From Candidatus Bathyarchaeota archaeon (GTDB taxonomy: Archaea > Thermoproteota > Bathyarchaeia > Bathyarchaeales > Bathycorpusculaceae): 64,000 nucleotides of DNA. The notes under the pieces were generated by a model, which saw nothing but the letters and a program-made list of their open reading frames with translations, was not told where the DNA came from and did no database searches. The stretch spans positions 64,001 to 128,000 of the forward strand of contig CAVZPM010000036.1 in assembly GCA_963777155.1 (NCBI GenBank), written 5' to 3'. A program made the position numbers and the translations under genes. Positions within the stretch are counted from its first letter, which is position 1. Every line of letters starts with the position of its first letter. Positions 63,243-64,000 of the stretch are shown here, in pieces.

Positions 63243-63467
63243 ATGACAATGAAGACGGTAAGCGTTAGAATATCAGAAGAAGAAAAACGTCAATTAACAA
63301 AATATGGTAAACTATCAGACACATTAAGGGAAGGCATGAAGCTCTACCTAAACAAAAAGAAAACAGACGAGCTGCTACGCAAATTGGAAAAACTGCAATC
63401 CGAAAACCAAATAAAAACCTCAAGTGAGGAAGAAGTGAAACTGATTCGAGAGGATAGAGAACGCTGA
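63243..63467 (+). CDS. Ribbon-helix-helix antitoxin
   Basis: TVSVRISEEEK...LSDTLR...LIREDRER. Confidence 0.8.
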   Translation: MTMKTVSVRISEEEKRQLTKYGKLSDTLREGMKLYLNKKKTDELLRKLEKLQSENQIKTSSEEEVKLIREDRER

Positions 63468-63847
63468 TAGTCGCCGACAGCAGCTTCATAGTTGAAGGCC
63501 TCCTTAAGAATAAGGAACTACTTGCGAATGAACAGATCGTGGCACCTGAGTTAGCTGTCTACGAAGTTACAAACGCCATATGGAAGCATGAACATCTTCT
63601 GAAAGACATAGAAAACGGCAAACCATACGTATCAATTTTCTACGGTCTAGTAGAAGCTGGGAAAATAAAGATCCTAACCCCAAACGAAGAGCTAATGCAA
63701 CAATCATACTCAATCGCAAAAAGACAAGGAATTACAGTATACGATGCAGTTTTTGTTTCTCTAGCAACTAAATTAGGATTGACTTTAAAAAGTTACGACA
63801 GAGTTCAAATTCGAGCTCTAAAATCTGAGAACAGCATCCGTCAATAA
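63464..63847 (+). CDS. vapC: PIN-domain (VapC) toxin, apparent CTG start
   Basis: The frame extends upstream of the listed ORF to (L)IVADSSF; YEVTNA, TVYDA, SYD. Confidence 0.8.
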   Translation: MIVADSSFIVEGLLKNKELLANEQIVAPELAVYEVTNAIWKHEHLLKDIENGKPYVSIFYGLVEAGKIKILTPNEELMQQSYSIAKRQGITVYDAVFVSLATKLGLTLKSYDRVQIRALKSENSIRQ

Positions 63848-64000
63848 CTTAGCACCGCAGAGGCCAACCACCCAAGGCGCACGAATTTCTTGATTTCTCA
63901 CACGACCTCAACACACAACCAATGAAATTGTCGAAAAAGTGTGTTTTTGTAGCAAAGTTTTATAGTATCTTTTTCTACTTGTAATCAATGGTGAAGAAGT

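Noticed and set aside
59420-64000. Classical integron with attC sites
   Set aside because: No convincing RYYYAAC...GTTRRRY stem-loops, mixed cassette orientation, and no intI.

Overview
Archaeal chromosomal window with no rRNA, intact tRNA, CRISPR array, transposase or integrase visible. It is most likely Bathyarchaeia, inferred from gene content: a PQQ-like beta-propeller surface protein, a long TrmB regulator, PEF-CTERM and P/T-linker surface proteins, and frequent TTG starts. Layout: (1) 1-13.3 kb, surface-glycan genes (rfbA-like nucleotidyltransferase, two Wzx flippases, GT2, wecB) with several unannotated Cys-rich microproteins between them. (2) 13.9-30.5 kb, secreted modular enzymes and surface proteins (two polysaccharide deacetylases, S8 protease, GH18-like protein, metallophosphoesterase/alpha-beta-hydrolase fusion, Ig-repeat and collagen-like proteins). 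(3) 31-38.6 kb, coiled-coil protein, TrkH, beta-propeller protein, DUF1844. (4) 38.9-43.9 kb, non-oxidative pentose-phosphate cluster with an Rpe-transketolase fusion and prs. (5) 49.9-54.6 kb, two convergent glucosylglycerate-type synthesis operons. (6) 54.8-59.4 kb, TrmB/secreted protein/mini-TrmB/MFS locus. (7) 49 kb and 59.8-63.8 kb, five PIN-family toxin-antitoxin modules, several damaged. Best candidates for new biology: (a) a TrmB regulator whose C-terminal domain is homologous to the divergently encoded secreted protein, suggesting an inside/outside sensing pair; (b) a shared ~100-aa C-terminal 'LTAYDxxW' domain on three unrelated secreted hydrolases; (c) a 187-bp inverted repeat inside two convergent surface-protein genes that could swap their anchors. 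All calls come from motif reading by eye; no database searches were run.
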